Origin: Octopus bimaculoides
Taxonomy: Eukaryota
Assembly (NCBI RefSeq): GCF_001194135.2
Contig: NC_068984.1
Location: 2,650,340 to 2,714,339, forward strand
Reading direction: 5' to 3'
Length of the DNA stretch: 64,000 nucleotides
Under the pieces are notes generated by a model. That model had not been told where the DNA came from and did no database searches. It saw only the letters and a program-made list of their open reading frames with translations. Shown here piece after piece: positions 40,996-54,843 of the stretch; position 1 is the stretch's first letter; each line of letters starts with the position of its first letter. The position numbers were made by a program, and so were the translations under genes.

Positions 40996-42137
40996 TGTGT
41001 TTGTGTAAGAGAGATAGAGAGAGAAAGAGAGAGAGAGAACGTTAGTTATAATCCCAAGGAAATCCCGGCAGTATTTTGGCAGTATTTTGAATGTTGCATC
41101 CATGATGAAGGGATAATATATACCTGCTAATAATATATATGGATCCCTAGCTCCAGCCTCAGCTGTGAACTTGGAACCTAACGGATGACCAATTATAGCA
41201 CTTACTCAGCGTACCTATTCGTTTAGATCACTAGTGAGCCAAACCCCCTTTCATAAAAGTGTCTCTCCCAGCGTTCACTATTTTCCTCCCGTTCTGGTCT
41301 CATGACCCTCCATGTTTGTTTTCGTTCGATTTCCTTGTATGTCTCCACTGTCATGTTTTTGTTCTCAACTTTGACCTCCATAAATCCTAAATTTCATTTT
41401 AGAATTTATGGGAGCAACTGTCTTTGAAAGACTCATATTGTCGTTGAGTGCTCGAAATGAGGAGTAGATAAACAGCTGACAACTGATCAAGGGTCCTTTC
41501 TCTGTGTTTACTTGTCATGTCTTCCATCTTTTCTCGTTGTATATATTTAACTCGTTTGTTTACGTATTTCATGTTATTTGCACCGTTGGTGATGTCCTGT
41601 AGCCATATATGCCTATATATNNNNNNNNNNNNNNNNNNNNNNNNNNNNNNNNNNNNNNNNNNNNNNACATACAGTGTACATTTAAACACATAAGAGAGAT
41701 GTCCATAATAGGACATCTAACCCGCTAGAAGGAGCAGTCAAAACCCCAAACCACAATTAGGGATAATTTCGAAAGGAAATGAAAAATAAAAACATTTACC
41801 ATCTATTTCCTGAACCAATGGTTTCAAGCTATTTTCAGCAAAATAAAATAATTTGCTCGGCCAGCTATCGTCAGCAGGAAAGCCAAAATTAACGTATAAA
41901 CACGAGACAATACATGGAAACATACCTCGTGTTTATATGTTATAATTTTTCACACCGCGCATGTGCAGTTTTCTTATCGGCAACAAATACAAAAAATGCC
42001 GATTTTCTTCCAGAAATTAGCCAAAAAAATCATTATATCATTAATAAATCTCAGGGTAGCAAAACAATTTTATAAATTCATTTTGCTACCAGTGGTCTAG
42101 CAAGAAGAAAAAACTAGTCAAAAGGAGCAGTCGCGCG

Positions 42138-42184
<47 letters not shown>

Positions 42185-42349
42185 TAGTCAATTAATATAT
42201 TAATATTTATTATTCAAAATTCAACAAAAAAAGAAATAGATTATATGAAAAAAAAGGTTTATAGTCAGTCACTATAGTTTATTAAATACACATAGTTTAT
42301 TAAGTATTCCACTGAACTACATCCGGCAGCCTGCACGAATCATACGGTG

Positions 42350-42700
42350 TTCAGTGGTTCTTAGTCGTGTCCTCTTGCGCTTTCCACCTAGGAGCGTGTT
42401 AAACAGCAGGCACAGTTGATAGCATTCATTGAGTGGGTTGTCGCAGTTAGTGACCAATCCATCTCAGCCGGCGTTCCTTTATCCTCGTGCTCATTTGCTC
42501 ATACAAGATATCCGATATATATAGGATTCTTGTGTGAAAAGTGTTCACCATGGCTCGTTGCCGATTCGGATTCATATCTCGTATCCATATGTAAAAATCG
42601 GAAGGCATAGAGTCGTGTACATCTTTTATCTTCGTTGTTGCGTTGATGTCAGCCGTTATTAGATTCTTGATGATTACGAAAGGAAAACAAGGTGAGATCA
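42350..42700 (-). mobile_element. Decayed 3' end of an RTE-clade LINE ORF
   Basis: FHTRILYISDILYEQMSTRIKERRLRWIGH matches the RRLRW.GH C-terminal motif of RTE ORFs. Confidence 0.55.
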
Positions 42701-42899
42701 AACATTGGTGGTCGCATCAGAATAGATATGAACATGTCAACAGGAAGCTGTCACACCAACGCCATTTTGAACATGTCAAGGCGGATGTATTGAGAAAGAG
42801 GTTGCCCACATTTATCTTCTCCACATACGATATTCGAACAGTATTGAAACGTGGAAAATATGATCAAGTGACGAGCGAAGCAGTCGATTGACGGTACAG

Positions 42900-42972
<73 letters not shown>

Positions 42973-43187
42973 TACATACATATATATACACACACACAGA
43001 TATGACGGCTATTGATGGAGGTTATTGTTTTATCTCTAATGATATGTCCAATATCTGTGTGGTGGAAATAATCCTATTAGATGTGAGTGTCGCCAATGTC
43101 AACTTTTCAGCTCTAAAAGCATTAGATTACTATCAGGAAACTGGAAAAGTAGCTTAGTTAACCTCTATCAAGCTATCTATCTATCTA

Positions 43188-43300
<113 letters not shown>

Positions 43301-43584
43301 TACATACATACATATATATATATGTGTGTGTATGTATGTATATATACTGTATATATGTATATGTATATATTATATATATCTACACACACGCACACATACA
43401 CATATATAAATGGAGCAAAAACGCAATAGAGGACAATAAAACATTCGAACAGACAGACGATACAAGGCGGGCAAGGGAAACAGCAATTAGAAGGACAGGG
43501 GAAAAAAAGACGGGTCATTCGTGGCTTTCTTTCCTCAGTCAAGTTTCAGAAGTCACGACCATTTCGGGCAGTTACACTTGAAAT

Positions 43585-44330
43585 GGTTCAGTCTTTTTAC
43601 TGTAGTGGCGTTGGACTGCTTCAAACTCCGTTGTTAATTTGGCACTATGTGGTGACCATAACTAGGAGCAGTAGTCCAACCGGCTGAGCACAAAGGGTCT
43701 CCAGAAGATCAAAATAGTTATTTGGTCTCTTGTCTTGAAGGATCTTAGTATCCGTCCTGCCAGTTGTCTGCACTTTGCTGCCATCCTGGTAATGTGCATA
43801 TGAAATGATGCATCATTGCACATACTGACCCCCAAAGGATTGCAGTGCCTTTGGTTCCTGTATAGGCAGGCTGTAGTGCATTCGCGAGTTGATAGTGCAG
43901 TGCTTGAAATTTTCCACCATTAAACTGCATGTTGTTTAATTCGGCCCCCGTGTATATAGAATTCAGGTCCCGCTGTAAGCTTGCGACGTCACCTTGATTT
44001 TCATTTGCATGTGATAATTTTGTAATATCGGCATAGTTAGTGACAGTGGATGTCTGAGTGACCGTGAGCATATCTAAGAAGGCTATTATGAACAGTAATG
44101 TCCCTAGAACAGTTCCCTGGGGCACGCCACTCAAGGTTTGAGTTTCCTCAGAAAGGGCACCACTAGCTGCAACTGCCGGAAGCGTGAAACGAGCTGCTTT
44201 ATCGTTAATTTTCAACATCCGAAGGAAATATGAATCGATTTTAATTGGAATACACTTCTTCTGGCCTTGATTCTCATTTTGTGACAAGAAGCAAAATATC
44301 GTTTTGAGAAAAACCGGCCTTATCCCAATT
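43585..44330 (-). mobile_element. CR1-like LINE reverse transcriptase relic
   Basis: SGVPQGTVLGTLLFII..NYADITKL..LQRDLNSIY..NNMQFNGGKFQALHY, then KCRQLAGRILRSFKTRD..SRLDYCS*LWSPH..EAVQR. Confidence 0.87.
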
Positions 44331-44740
44331 TTTGCAGCCAATGAAATCACTCTTCATAATATATACTCCACAGGAAGCCTGTTACCACGTGGTGCTGTAC
44401 TCACATTCTGTCTGTCTGTCTCTATATCTGTCTCTCTTTCTCCCTCACACAGATACACACACACACACACGTAAATCACGACTGGACACAGTGATGCTGC
44501 TCCTTTCCAGTGGTTGAACGCTCCATCAAAAGCCCAATATTTAATAGAATCGTTTCTCTCGCTATTGTTATCACAAATATTTATTACAGTTATCACACAT
44601 TTTTTATTGACCAATTTCGATTTCTGAGCTTCAAAAGATAAATTCCTCTCCTCGGGCAATCTTTAAGCATTATTAACGCGCATAAATACCAACTGCACAT
44701 ACATAACTATGCGCACACAGCAAACACACTCACACACACA

Positions 44741-44782
<42 letters not shown>

Positions 44783-45039
44783 CACACACACACACACACA
44801 TACACACACACATACATGCACACACACAAACACACACACACACTAGACATAACACACACTTACGCAACGCATACCAAATATACACGTATACAGTTAAAAC
44901 TACAAATACACACATATGTGCATGGTTGCAGCTTGCCTACGAGGGAGATCTATGGTGCCGTTCAACCTGCTAGGAATAGTAGCCAAATCACCCTCAAATG
45001 TTGTCAAACTGCCTTATGTGTGTTTACATGCATGATAAT

Positions 45040-45490
45040 TATCCAAGAGGACATCTTCACGCTGGGTTTCACTGTTACCGAAAATCTCCTCTGGCGAAAA
45101 CATATCCTTGGAATCCTTAGACCGTATTCTCAAAAGAGGCCTTCTCTTCAGGGCCCAAAAATATTCTAGCCTTCAGCAACTACTGACGCTCAGCAATGCC
45201 CAATTGAGGATCACAATGGAGTACTTTGCCCACATTTAGAATCGTACTGCTGGTTTCTACACAGTCATCCTGAACAGCATCTAGAAAAGGATCTTTTGGC
45301 ATATTAGAATATAAATACAAACGGTTACAGTCCAGGTCAAGGCCACAGGAGTCATGTCTCCTCTCTCTTTGTCCTCTGTTCCTATCGCCATCATTCAGGC
45401 ACGGAAAATTGATCGGGTCCAGATCACTGGACTCGGTGAACTTGCATATGTCATGGGAAATGTCCCTTCCTCTCCACTGAACAAGTAAAT
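45040..45490 (+). mobile_element. CR1/Jockey-like LINE post-RT fragment
   Basis: LGFTVTENLLWRKHILGI.. FRAQKYSSLQQLLTL..MEYFAHI. Confidence 0.6.
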
Positions 45491-45656
45491 AACCCACCAC
45501 CACCAGCACACACAATATAGTTTTGTCATTTCAGGATAAATAACCAGTTGATAGGACCCAGTATGTATGTAATGTCTTGAATCTCCAACTGAGATGCAAT
45601 GTTTAACTCACAGACATCCTTTCATCCGGACACAGCAACATACGTACAGAGCAAAA

Positions 45657-45873
45657 TATTGGTCTCAAACTTTGACACAACACCTACAATTTTAGGAGAG
45701 AGTGCAATCAATTACATCGACCCCAGTGCTCAGCTGGTACTTATATTATCGACCCTGAAAGGATGAAAGGTAAATGCGACCTTGACTTAGTTTAAGCTCA
45801 GAACATAAAATGGGACGAAATGCCGCTTACCGCTTTTTCCGGATCCGTAACGATCGTCCTAGCTCACCGCTTT
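45657..45873 (-). mobile_element. SINE family B copy, diverged
   Basis: acatcgaccccagtgctcagctggtacttatattatcgaccctgaaaggatgaaagg is the reverse complement of the family B centre. Confidence 0.75.
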
Positions 45874-46234
45874 ATAGAGAGCGGAATATTGCTTAATAAG
45901 TAAAAAGACAAACAAAAAAAAAAACAGCATCTACGGAGTTCAGTTTATTAGGTTACAGCTGTTTCATCATGGGAACGCAGTAACAAGTATCAATCTGTAT
46001 TCTCTTAACGTTATAGGGGCTATAATGAAGTACTTTTATAGATAAATTCGTTTAAATAAATATACACATAGAAACATATAGACATATACACACATGTGTA
46101 TATAAATCACTATACACACTCATATGTGGACACAACCATTATGTAAATGCATATACACATATATACATTCATATACACACATATATACATATATATATAT
46201 TTATATATATATACGTTTATATTTGTTTATATAC

Positions 46235-46288
<54 letters not shown>

Positions 46289-46310
46289 TGTGCTGACATA
46301 AGCATACAAA

Positions 46311-46343
<33 letters not shown>

Positions 46344-47072
46344 NNNNNNNNNNNNNNNNNNNNNNNNNNNNNNNNNNNNNNNNNNNNNNNNNNNNNNNNN
46401 NNNNNNNNNNNNNNNNNNNNNNNNNNNNNNNNNNNNNNNNNNNNNNNNNNNNNNNNNNNNNNNNNNNNNNNNNNNNNNNNNNNNNNNNNNNNNNNNNNNN
46501 NNNNNNNNNNNNNNNNNNNNNNNNNNNNNNNNNNNNNNNNNNNNNNNNNNNNNNNNNNNNNNNNNNNNNNNNNNNNNNNNNNNNNNNNNNNNNNNNNNNN
46601 NNNNNNNNNNNNNNNNNNNNNNNNNNNNNNNNNNNNNNNNNNNNNNNNNNNNNNNNNNNNNNNNNNNNNNNNNNNNNNNNNNNNNNNNNNNNNNNNNNNN
46701 NNNNNNNNNNNNNNNNNNNNNNNNNNNNNNNNNNNNNNNNNNNNNNNNNNNNNNNNNNNNNNNNNNNNNNNNNNNNNNNNNNNNNNNNNNNNNNNNNNNN
46801 NNNNNNNNNNNNNNNNNNNNNNNNNNNNNNNNNNNNNNNNNNNNNNNNNNNNNNNNNNNNNNNNNNNNNNNNNNNNNNNNNNNNNNNNNNNNNNNNNNNN
46901 NNNNNNNNNNNNNNNNNNNNNNNNNNNNNNNNNNNNNNNNNNNNNNNNNNNNNNNNNNNNNNNNNNNNNNNNNNNNNNNNNNNNNNNNNNNNNNNNTATA
47001 TATATATATATACATACATATATATGCATATTCAAGACATCCATATATAAATGCATAGAGCGCAACATGTGT

Positions 47073-47107
<35 letters not shown>

Positions 47108-47754
47108 CGCACACATGCAAATACACACGCTTGCACTCCCACACATATACGTATATATTTCCTTAAGACATTCTACCGTGGTTGTGCACAATAAACCGAC
47201 ACGCTGTTTCCGGTAAAAAAAAAAAAAATTGCTGTTTTTATTTCGTAAAATTGTCTCATAACATTGCCAAACGCAGAGAGAAGAGGCAGTTTGCCAGGAG
47301 TGAATATTAAAAGGTTAAGCTTGTCTTTAAACTAATATTGCTAAATCTAAAATATTGTCTTTTATTAGGAAACTGTAATATGTGCACACATCAATGACAT
47401 TTCATGTGATTTCTCGCTAATATCACAAAATGCAACTACTTTAAAACTGAGTATGATGTCATAGTTGGCGTCCATTGTTGATTTAGAGCTGTTATCTATG
47501 ACATCATCAGCGAGAGTTACGTTAGAAATACTGCAATATGTCTTCGTTTACGTCAGCGACCAATTGAATTTGCTTTTAGGATTCAATCTCATAGATACAT
47601 CAGTTCGTTCTCTTCAAATAGGTCTGTGTTGCAATGTTCTATTGCAAATGTGAAGATATTCTACTCATTACGAATAGAATGTTGTGTCTATATTAAAAAT
47701 AGTCAGAAGTGTAAAGGTTATTATTTTGTGGTATCAGTGGAGAGGAAGTGATTG

Positions 47755-48581
47755 TTGTCCTCCTGGAAAGATCGATATTCAGCATAGTTGATGTTAAGTT
47801 TAAACTGGTATGTTGTCAGTTGAAGGGAGGAAAATATGACAAGAAGGGAATTTCGGAGGGTTCTGGTTAGAGAAATTAGGAGAATCAGAATAGAGTGAAA
47901 TGGTAAAGATGACGAACGAAAGGGATGGAGGCGACTGTGTCGGGCGGGATGGAAACCACAAAATCCGAGGAACAGAGGCCATTGTAGAAGCTGTATCAAA
48001 GGCAATGGGAAGTCACAAACGTTATATACTCTTGTGTGTAGCAGAGGAAGCACTGTCTTTGATTCGGTAGCAGTTGCTTATTGTGATTCTTTCTTGATTT
48101 TTGTAGAAAGTCATCAAACGCGTGGCGTGGGGTACTTTCAAGCTGTGAAGGATATCTTTCGAAACGCAATGTTTGTTGTGTCATCAATGTGGGATTACCA
48201 GGAGAAATCCTCAATGACTGCAAGTCTTAGCTTCTGTAGTTCTGTGAGAATTATAATTGCGTATCTTCCTAAAGTACAGGGGATCCTTCATATGCCTAGG
48301 GATCGAATCTTTGGACTGTTCAAAGGGATTAGATTACTATGTATCTGCTGGTGTCCGGATTGTAAGTTAGAGGATGTTTGGGTATATAAGGTTAAGTAAA
48401 GCGCAGGAGTGGCTGAGTGGTAAGTAGCTTACTTACCAACCACATGGTTCCGGGTTCAGTCCCATTGCGTGGCACCTTGGGTAAGTGTCTTCTAATATAG
48501 CCTCGGGCCAACCAAATCCTTGTGAGTGGGTTTTGTAGACAGAAACTTAAAGAAGCCCGTCGTATATATACATATATGTAT

Positions 48582-48628
<47 letters not shown>

Positions 48629-49440
48629 AGAGTGTGTGTTTGTCTCTCCAACATCACTTGACAACCGATGCTGGTTTGTTTACGTCCCTGTAACTTAGCT
48701 GTTCGGCAAAATAGACCGATAGAATAAGTACTAAGCTTACAAAAAATAGGTCCCGGGGTCAATTTGTTCGACTAAAGGTGGTGCTCCAGCATGGCCGCAG
48801 TCAAATGACTGAAACAAATAAAAGAATAAAAAATAATAAAAGAATAAAGCAAAGAGATATCACCTGGAGAATCGTGGGTGGTGTTTGAATTAACAGCAGG
48901 TATGTTGATAATATGTACTTGGGAGAGTGTGTGTGGCATAACCGTACCTTGGAGTACACGAAAGTTGATTGAATGTGATTCAGGAGGAATCCCTATCTGT
49001 AAGCGGTAAAATGGGTTCTATCTAACAGGGAACTTCAAACCGAGGGATGGAAGTCAGTTGAAAACCATATATTCTATGACGTGTACGAAGGTGTCTTTGT
49101 ACTTTGGTTTAAAGTCTTGCATGGTTAATGACAGACGGTAAAAGAGATCCAGTGTCTTTTAGGCGTTGGAAATATTTGAAGTGAAAGGTTTTGTTTGTTT
49201 GAAGAGTGTGAAGTGATATAACTGAGAGGATAATTTCAGGTATCTACCTTACTATCTCAGAGTAAAACACATTTGCTGCCAGTGATAATGGTTAAAAGGC
49301 AGCAGAATAGCAGATGAAAATTCAATTTAGAATGGAAGCAAAGATTGGCTACAAAGAGTAACGAAAAGTATAGAGAGCGGAGGGCAAGATAAAGGGGAGA
49401 GAAAACCGCAAGCAGTAGATTATCAAGATACCTAGTCAAC
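47755..49440 (-). mobile_element. Decayed CR1/Jockey-like LINE ORF2 (RT plus C-terminus), interrupted by a SINE
   Basis: 48850-49100 minus: RVLQGTVM (GVPQGSV-like), then THDSPGDI at the ADD position. 47755-48390 minus: EDFSW*SHIDD, YSFYNGLCSS, RTLRNSL..QFKLNINY. Confidence 0.62.
48401..48848 (+). mobile_element. SINE family A, full length
   Basis: gcgcaggagtggctgagtggtaag...gggttcagtccc..ggcaccttgggtaagtgtcttc...catggccgcagtcaaatgactgaaacaaataaaag. Confidence 0.92.
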
Positions 49441-50874
49441 GAAATCCTTGAAAAACCAAATGGTTATGTCTTTGATGGTTGCCATACAATACTGATGTAT
49501 CAATATGACATTCATAATACGTCATTTGAAATTAAAAGAGAATTCTTGGTCATCTTTTAATCTCCGAAGTCCACAGAAAAGTGTCATTAAGATCAGTTCC
49601 TATCATATCTGGAGAGGTTGCTAGGGAGCTGGCCGTTGTGCATCAAGTAGGTTCTTTCCCTCATCAACACAGTTGGTCCAAGAAGAAACCGTCAGGGGTC
49701 ATATGTATTGCACCAAAGGTATCATGGATAATACTGGTGCCTTAGTGCAATATTGTTAGAATTATGCTGGGAACAGAACCAAATTGTCTCAACGAATCGT
49801 TGACTGTAGTGATGGAGGTGGGGGACGATATTTGTGGTGGTTGCTGATCGCTGTTAAATGAAAAATATATGACCGATGGCGTTCCAGCTGTGACCATCAA
49901 GAGAAAGAATATATCTATAGATCATTGCCAAAGGATCTATGTATTTAATATCCTAACTATACATTCATCATTATTAGAGTTAGGATGTATTCAGAAGAAC
50001 CATCAAGGAGAATGCTTAAAAATATTGATGACGTTGTCGATAATGATCGATGAAGACAATTAGAGAAGTCTTTGAAAAAACATTCCTGGTGCCATTTATT
50101 TCATCATTTTTTGTTTTATTTCTGTGTTGTGCTCTTGAAGAGTTAGTTTTATCGTACAAAATTGGTCAAAAATTGCTTTAATCAACTTAGAATCCTGCTT
50201 AGGATCCTGCTATTGTTGAGCTGTATTTCGCATTACTATTCATACGTATGTGTGTGAGTGTGTTTGTAAGTATATGAATGTGTGTGTGCGTGTTTACCCA
50301 CTTGTAATCTCACTTACGAAGACGTAAAATATCTTAGAAGAACATACTTTATAGTTATCAAAGAGTTTGATGTTTTGATTGAACAAGAAGACAGTTTGGC
50401 AATAAAATTATTGATAATTGATCTCGGATTGATTGGGGCCATGTGTTAATGTAATTATATTCAAGATCGAATTCCTCGATAAATATTTTCTTCGATTTAT
50501 AGAAAATTAAATGTACATAAAAATAATTGTTATTTCCAAGTTTCCCAATAAAACTCGTAGTATTTCTTTTCAACGCCAGTTGTATGTTTATGAAAGTCTA
50601 TTGCGGAGAATAAAAGCAATTTGTTATGCTCAATAAAAAAAAAAAGAAAAACTACTTTTTTATTTACCAAACTGTAATGTGTTCAGAAGCAATGGAATTT
50701 TCCTGCTGTAATTTCTCAACTCTATAAAAAGTTCTCATTTTTCCAATCTACCTTTTTTGCATTGAAGTACATTAACAGTTGTAATAATTCAGTGTTTAAT
50801 ACTGCAAAACGATGTTATTTGACGAGTTCCTGATACTTACAATGGAACGTTCATCTCTTTTATACTTGTAAGTG

Positions 50875-50919
<45 letters not shown>

Positions 50920-51456
50920 CCAATTCTTGATTTGCTTTTCAGTATTTCCAATGTGTGAATGCCAGTTTAGTCGTTAGGTTGTAAGGAAGAGGTTGTTAAA
51001 ATGTAAATAAATACAAAGCACACGTTTCTTTAAGTTGTTCTTTGTGAAGACATTCCCTCTTTTAAATTTTAATGTCTTTCACATGTTTGTTGTCTGAAAC
51101 AAGGCCTTCACTTGGAATGTAGGAATTATGGAGATTTACATTTCTTCTCCATGAATCAGTATTCTGCTATGTTTTGATTCAAGTGACTTAATACGTACCC
51201 TGGCACTTCAATAATGGTGGGTTACACCAGAAACCGTGTTTTGGATACAGGGTCTAGAGACACCTCACCATTGCTGCAGTATTTGCCATGGTGTGCAGAG
51301 AAGCTGGGAAAAGTTTTATCAAAATCAAATCACAGAAAAGAAATCCTAAATTTCACTCCTAAGCTGTTAGCGTGGGTTCTGGGTGGGTTCTGGGTGTATA
51401 TGGTATATTATAAAACTATACACACATGCTACGCACTCGTGCGCGCGTGCACTCAC

Positions 51457-51546
<90 letters not shown>

Positions 51547-51854
51547 ACACTCACACACACACACAAACACACACACACACACAGAAATGTGTCTAGATAT
51601 AACTGCAATGGATTCTAGTCATTTATCATACAAGGAAACTGTTTCTCTTCTGAGACTCTACAACTGACATATTTCTCATAACAAGGAGCAAGCAATCACA
51701 CTTCGCCGATTATTTCCATTACAACAAACTTGCAGATATGGAAAATAGTTCTCACATTCACACGACAACCAGACGGCGCTGAAGTTCAACTCCGATTCGG
51801 AGTCTTCCTATTTACATCTTTATTTGTTGCTGTTGTTGTTACTGCTACAAATCT

Positions 51855-51980
51855 TTCTTCTTCTTCTTCTTCTTCTTCTTCTTCTTCTTCTTCTTCTTCT
51901 TCTTCTTCTTCTTCTTCTTCTTCTTCTTCTTCTTCTTCTTCTTCTTCTTCTTCTTCTTCTTCTTCTTCTTCTTCTTCTTC
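51855..51980. repeat. Pure (TTC)n, about 42 units
   Basis: Direct reading. Confidence 0.95.
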
Positions 51981-52705
51981 CTTTCATTCACAAACATAAT
52001 GGTATTCTTTCATACAAACTCAATTACGAACGCATATCAGCTGCAGCTTCGATATCTAACCTCACAAATGAGCACACAGAATATATGTGTGAGTTTGTGT
52101 GTGTACATAGATATACCCACACACACGCGCACACATATATACAGAACTGTATATAAACGTAGATACACAAATACACACACACACACACACACACACACAT
52201 ACTTTTAATGAAATATCATTAATATTAAAAATAATAATAAATAGGCTAGCAAGCTTAACCAATATATATATATATATATATATATANNNNNNNNNNNNNN
52301 NNNNNNNNNNNNNNNNNNNNNNNNNNNNNNNNNNNNNNNNNNNNNNNNNNNNNNNNNNNNNNNNNNNNNNNNNNNNNNNNNNNNNNNNNNNNNNNNNNNN
52401 NNNNNNNNNNNNNNNNNNNNNNNNNNNNNNNNNNNNNNNNNNNNNNNNNNNNNNNNNNNNNNNNNNNNNNNNNNNNNNNNNNNNNNNNNNNNNNNNNNNN
52501 NNNNNNNNNNNNNNNNNNNNNNNNNNNNNNNNNNNNNNNNNNNNNNNNNNNNNNNNNNNNNNNNNNNNNNNNNNNNNNNNNNNNNNNNNNNNNNNNNNNN
52601 NNNNNNNNNNNNNNNNNNNNNNNNNNNNNNNNNNNNNNNNNNNNNNNNNNNNNNNNNNNNNNNNNNNNNNNNNNNNNNNNNNATATAAATAAATAAATAT
52701 ATATA

Positions 52706-53029
52706 TATTCTTTTATTCTTTGACTTGTTCCAGTCATTTGGCCGCGGCCATGCTGGAACACCGCTTTTAGTCGAACAAATCGACCTCAGGAATTATTCTT
52801 TGTAAGCCTAGTACTTATTCTATTGGTTTCTTTTCCCAGACCGCTAAATTACGGGTACGGAAACACGCCAGCATCGGTTGTCAGTTTCCGTCTACCAAAT
52901 CGTCTCCCAAAGGCTTTGGTCGGCCCGAAGCTATAGTAGAAGACACTTGCACAAGGTGCCATGCAGTGGGACTGAACCCGGAACCATGTGGTTGGGAAGC
53001 AAGCTTCTTACCACACAGCCACGCCTGCG
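52706..53029 (-). mobile_element. SINE family A lacking its central microsatellite segment
   Basis: The junction gcatcggttgtcag|tttccgtctacc joins the two halves directly. Confidence 0.88.
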
Positions 53030-53544
53030 ATTCTTACCACACAGCCGCATATACGTCTATGTGTGTATACATTGATTATACAGACATAAATACATATGTA
53101 CATATATACATGCATACATACATACATGCATACATACACACACACACACACACACATATGTAATGTAACGTAATGCAACCAAAAATTGCCTTCCTTTTCT
53201 TTCTTTTCTTTCCTCTTACATGCCTTCAAACTTGATTAATTATCTATTGTGAATCTAAAGAATACATACCTGCTGATTAATGGACTCCAGAAACGGCCGT
53301 CGAGTTGCTTCATGTTGCCGTTATAACCCTCTATAAAACATTTCTTCTATAAAACATTTCTTCTTTTAAATCCGTAAGTAGGATTTCTCACTACTGCCGA
53401 TGTATTTTATAACTTTTAATCCTTATTTCAACGTCGTTCAATCTTAAACTTAAATTTAATATGATTTTTAATCGATATATCAGCCTTTATTTATTTACTC
53501 TTTTCATGTACATTTTTCCTCATATAATTCTTATCTCATATATA

Positions 53545-53751
53545 TTTGTGAAAAGGGCGGACGTTGTCTCACAAGCAGTTGTGCAAGCAAAAGTGCAAGT
53601 AAATGTGGTTGGATTGACCTGAAAATTTGCACACCTATGTTAAAAGGGCTGGAGAGTTTGCTCAAATGAAAGGCGTGGCCTCTAGGGCAAAATTCCCCAT
53701 CTTTAAAATCTGGCCCGAGTAGACCCGAAAGAAATCGGGTTATAATACTAG
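53545..53751 (+). mobile_element. Non-autonomous Helitron-like fragment with 3' hairpin and CTAG end
   Basis: Hairpin acccga-aagaaa-tcgggt (53723-53740), then CTAG (53748-53751), followed by T. The left boundary is uncertain. Confidence 0.5.
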
Positions 53752-53829
53752 TCTATTACATAAAAGTCAATGTCTGACAGACAGACAGACAGACAGACAC
53801 AGACACACACACACATCAATGTTTGTTTT

Positions 53830-54003
53830 TAGGTTCAATTATAATAAAACAATTGCAGCGTGGAAGGTGTTTATGAGCCATTTAAAATAACACACAAAAT
53901 CCGTTAGATTCACTTCAACATTTAAATTTAATTTGTCAAAATATTTTCGTCGCTTTGAGACCGCGACCTGTTCACTGACAAAATTCTGTGCAGCACAGAA
54001 TTT
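53830..54003 (-). mobile_element. PLE-like terminal repeat fragment ending in a short fold-back
   Basis: Contains the variant hammerhead at 53932-53982. 10-bp hairpin aaattctgtg-cag-cacagaattt at 53981-54003, analogous to 4800-4823. Confidence 0.55.
53932..53982 (-). ncRNA. Minimal type I hammerhead motif with G3-C8 swapped core
   Basis: UUUGUCA-GUGAACA-G-GUCGC(GGUCUCAAA)GCGAC-GAA-AAUAUU-U-UGACAAA. Stem I 7 bp perfect, stem II 5 bp perfect, 6-nt palindromic stem III. Confidence 0.72.
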
Positions 54004-54537
54004 ATTATTAATTCCATATTAAATATCCCTACATAGGACTTAAGTATTTGTACAGTCACGGTACCAAAGACGGCGTCGTGCGACTAACCTGTGCTATGTT
54101 TTTGAAATGAAATCATTTAAGATCGTTCTAGGTCTACCTTTGACTATTTTCGGAAGCAGAAAATGTAACAGATTCTTGGAGAATTTTTAAATATGAAACT
54201 ATGAAAAAGCTAGTCTAAGCCAAAAGGACTAACAATCTCCTCCAACGATAATCGAGCATTTTCCGCTATAATTTCTTTATCTTCGCTGGACATAACTATT
54301 TTTCATAATTATATTTCTCGCTTGGTTTATCCCAAGAAGCAGTAAATTTCGGTTCACCTCAAAAATGGCAACGGTCATTATTACTGTAATCCTCAGTTGA
54401 TTGCGTTTCAATCGTGTAGAATTCACTTACTCTCATAGAAACGTTTAGACAAACATAAACACACACACACACGTACACACACACGCGCACATACACTTAT
54501 ATATAAGAATGTATATGTGTGCGTGTGTATATACGTT

Positions 54538-54571
<34 letters not shown>

Positions 54572-54630
54572 CGTGTGTGTGTACATTATATACGCGATCG
54601 CTAGATGTCAGTATATATGTATATGTATAC

Positions 54631-54670
<40 letters not shown>

Positions 54671-54690
54671 ATATCTATCTATCTATCTCT

Positions 54691-54731
<41 letters not shown>

Positions 54732-54765
54732 TATATTTATGTATATACATTTATATATGCATTTC

Positions 54766-54843
<78 letters not shown>

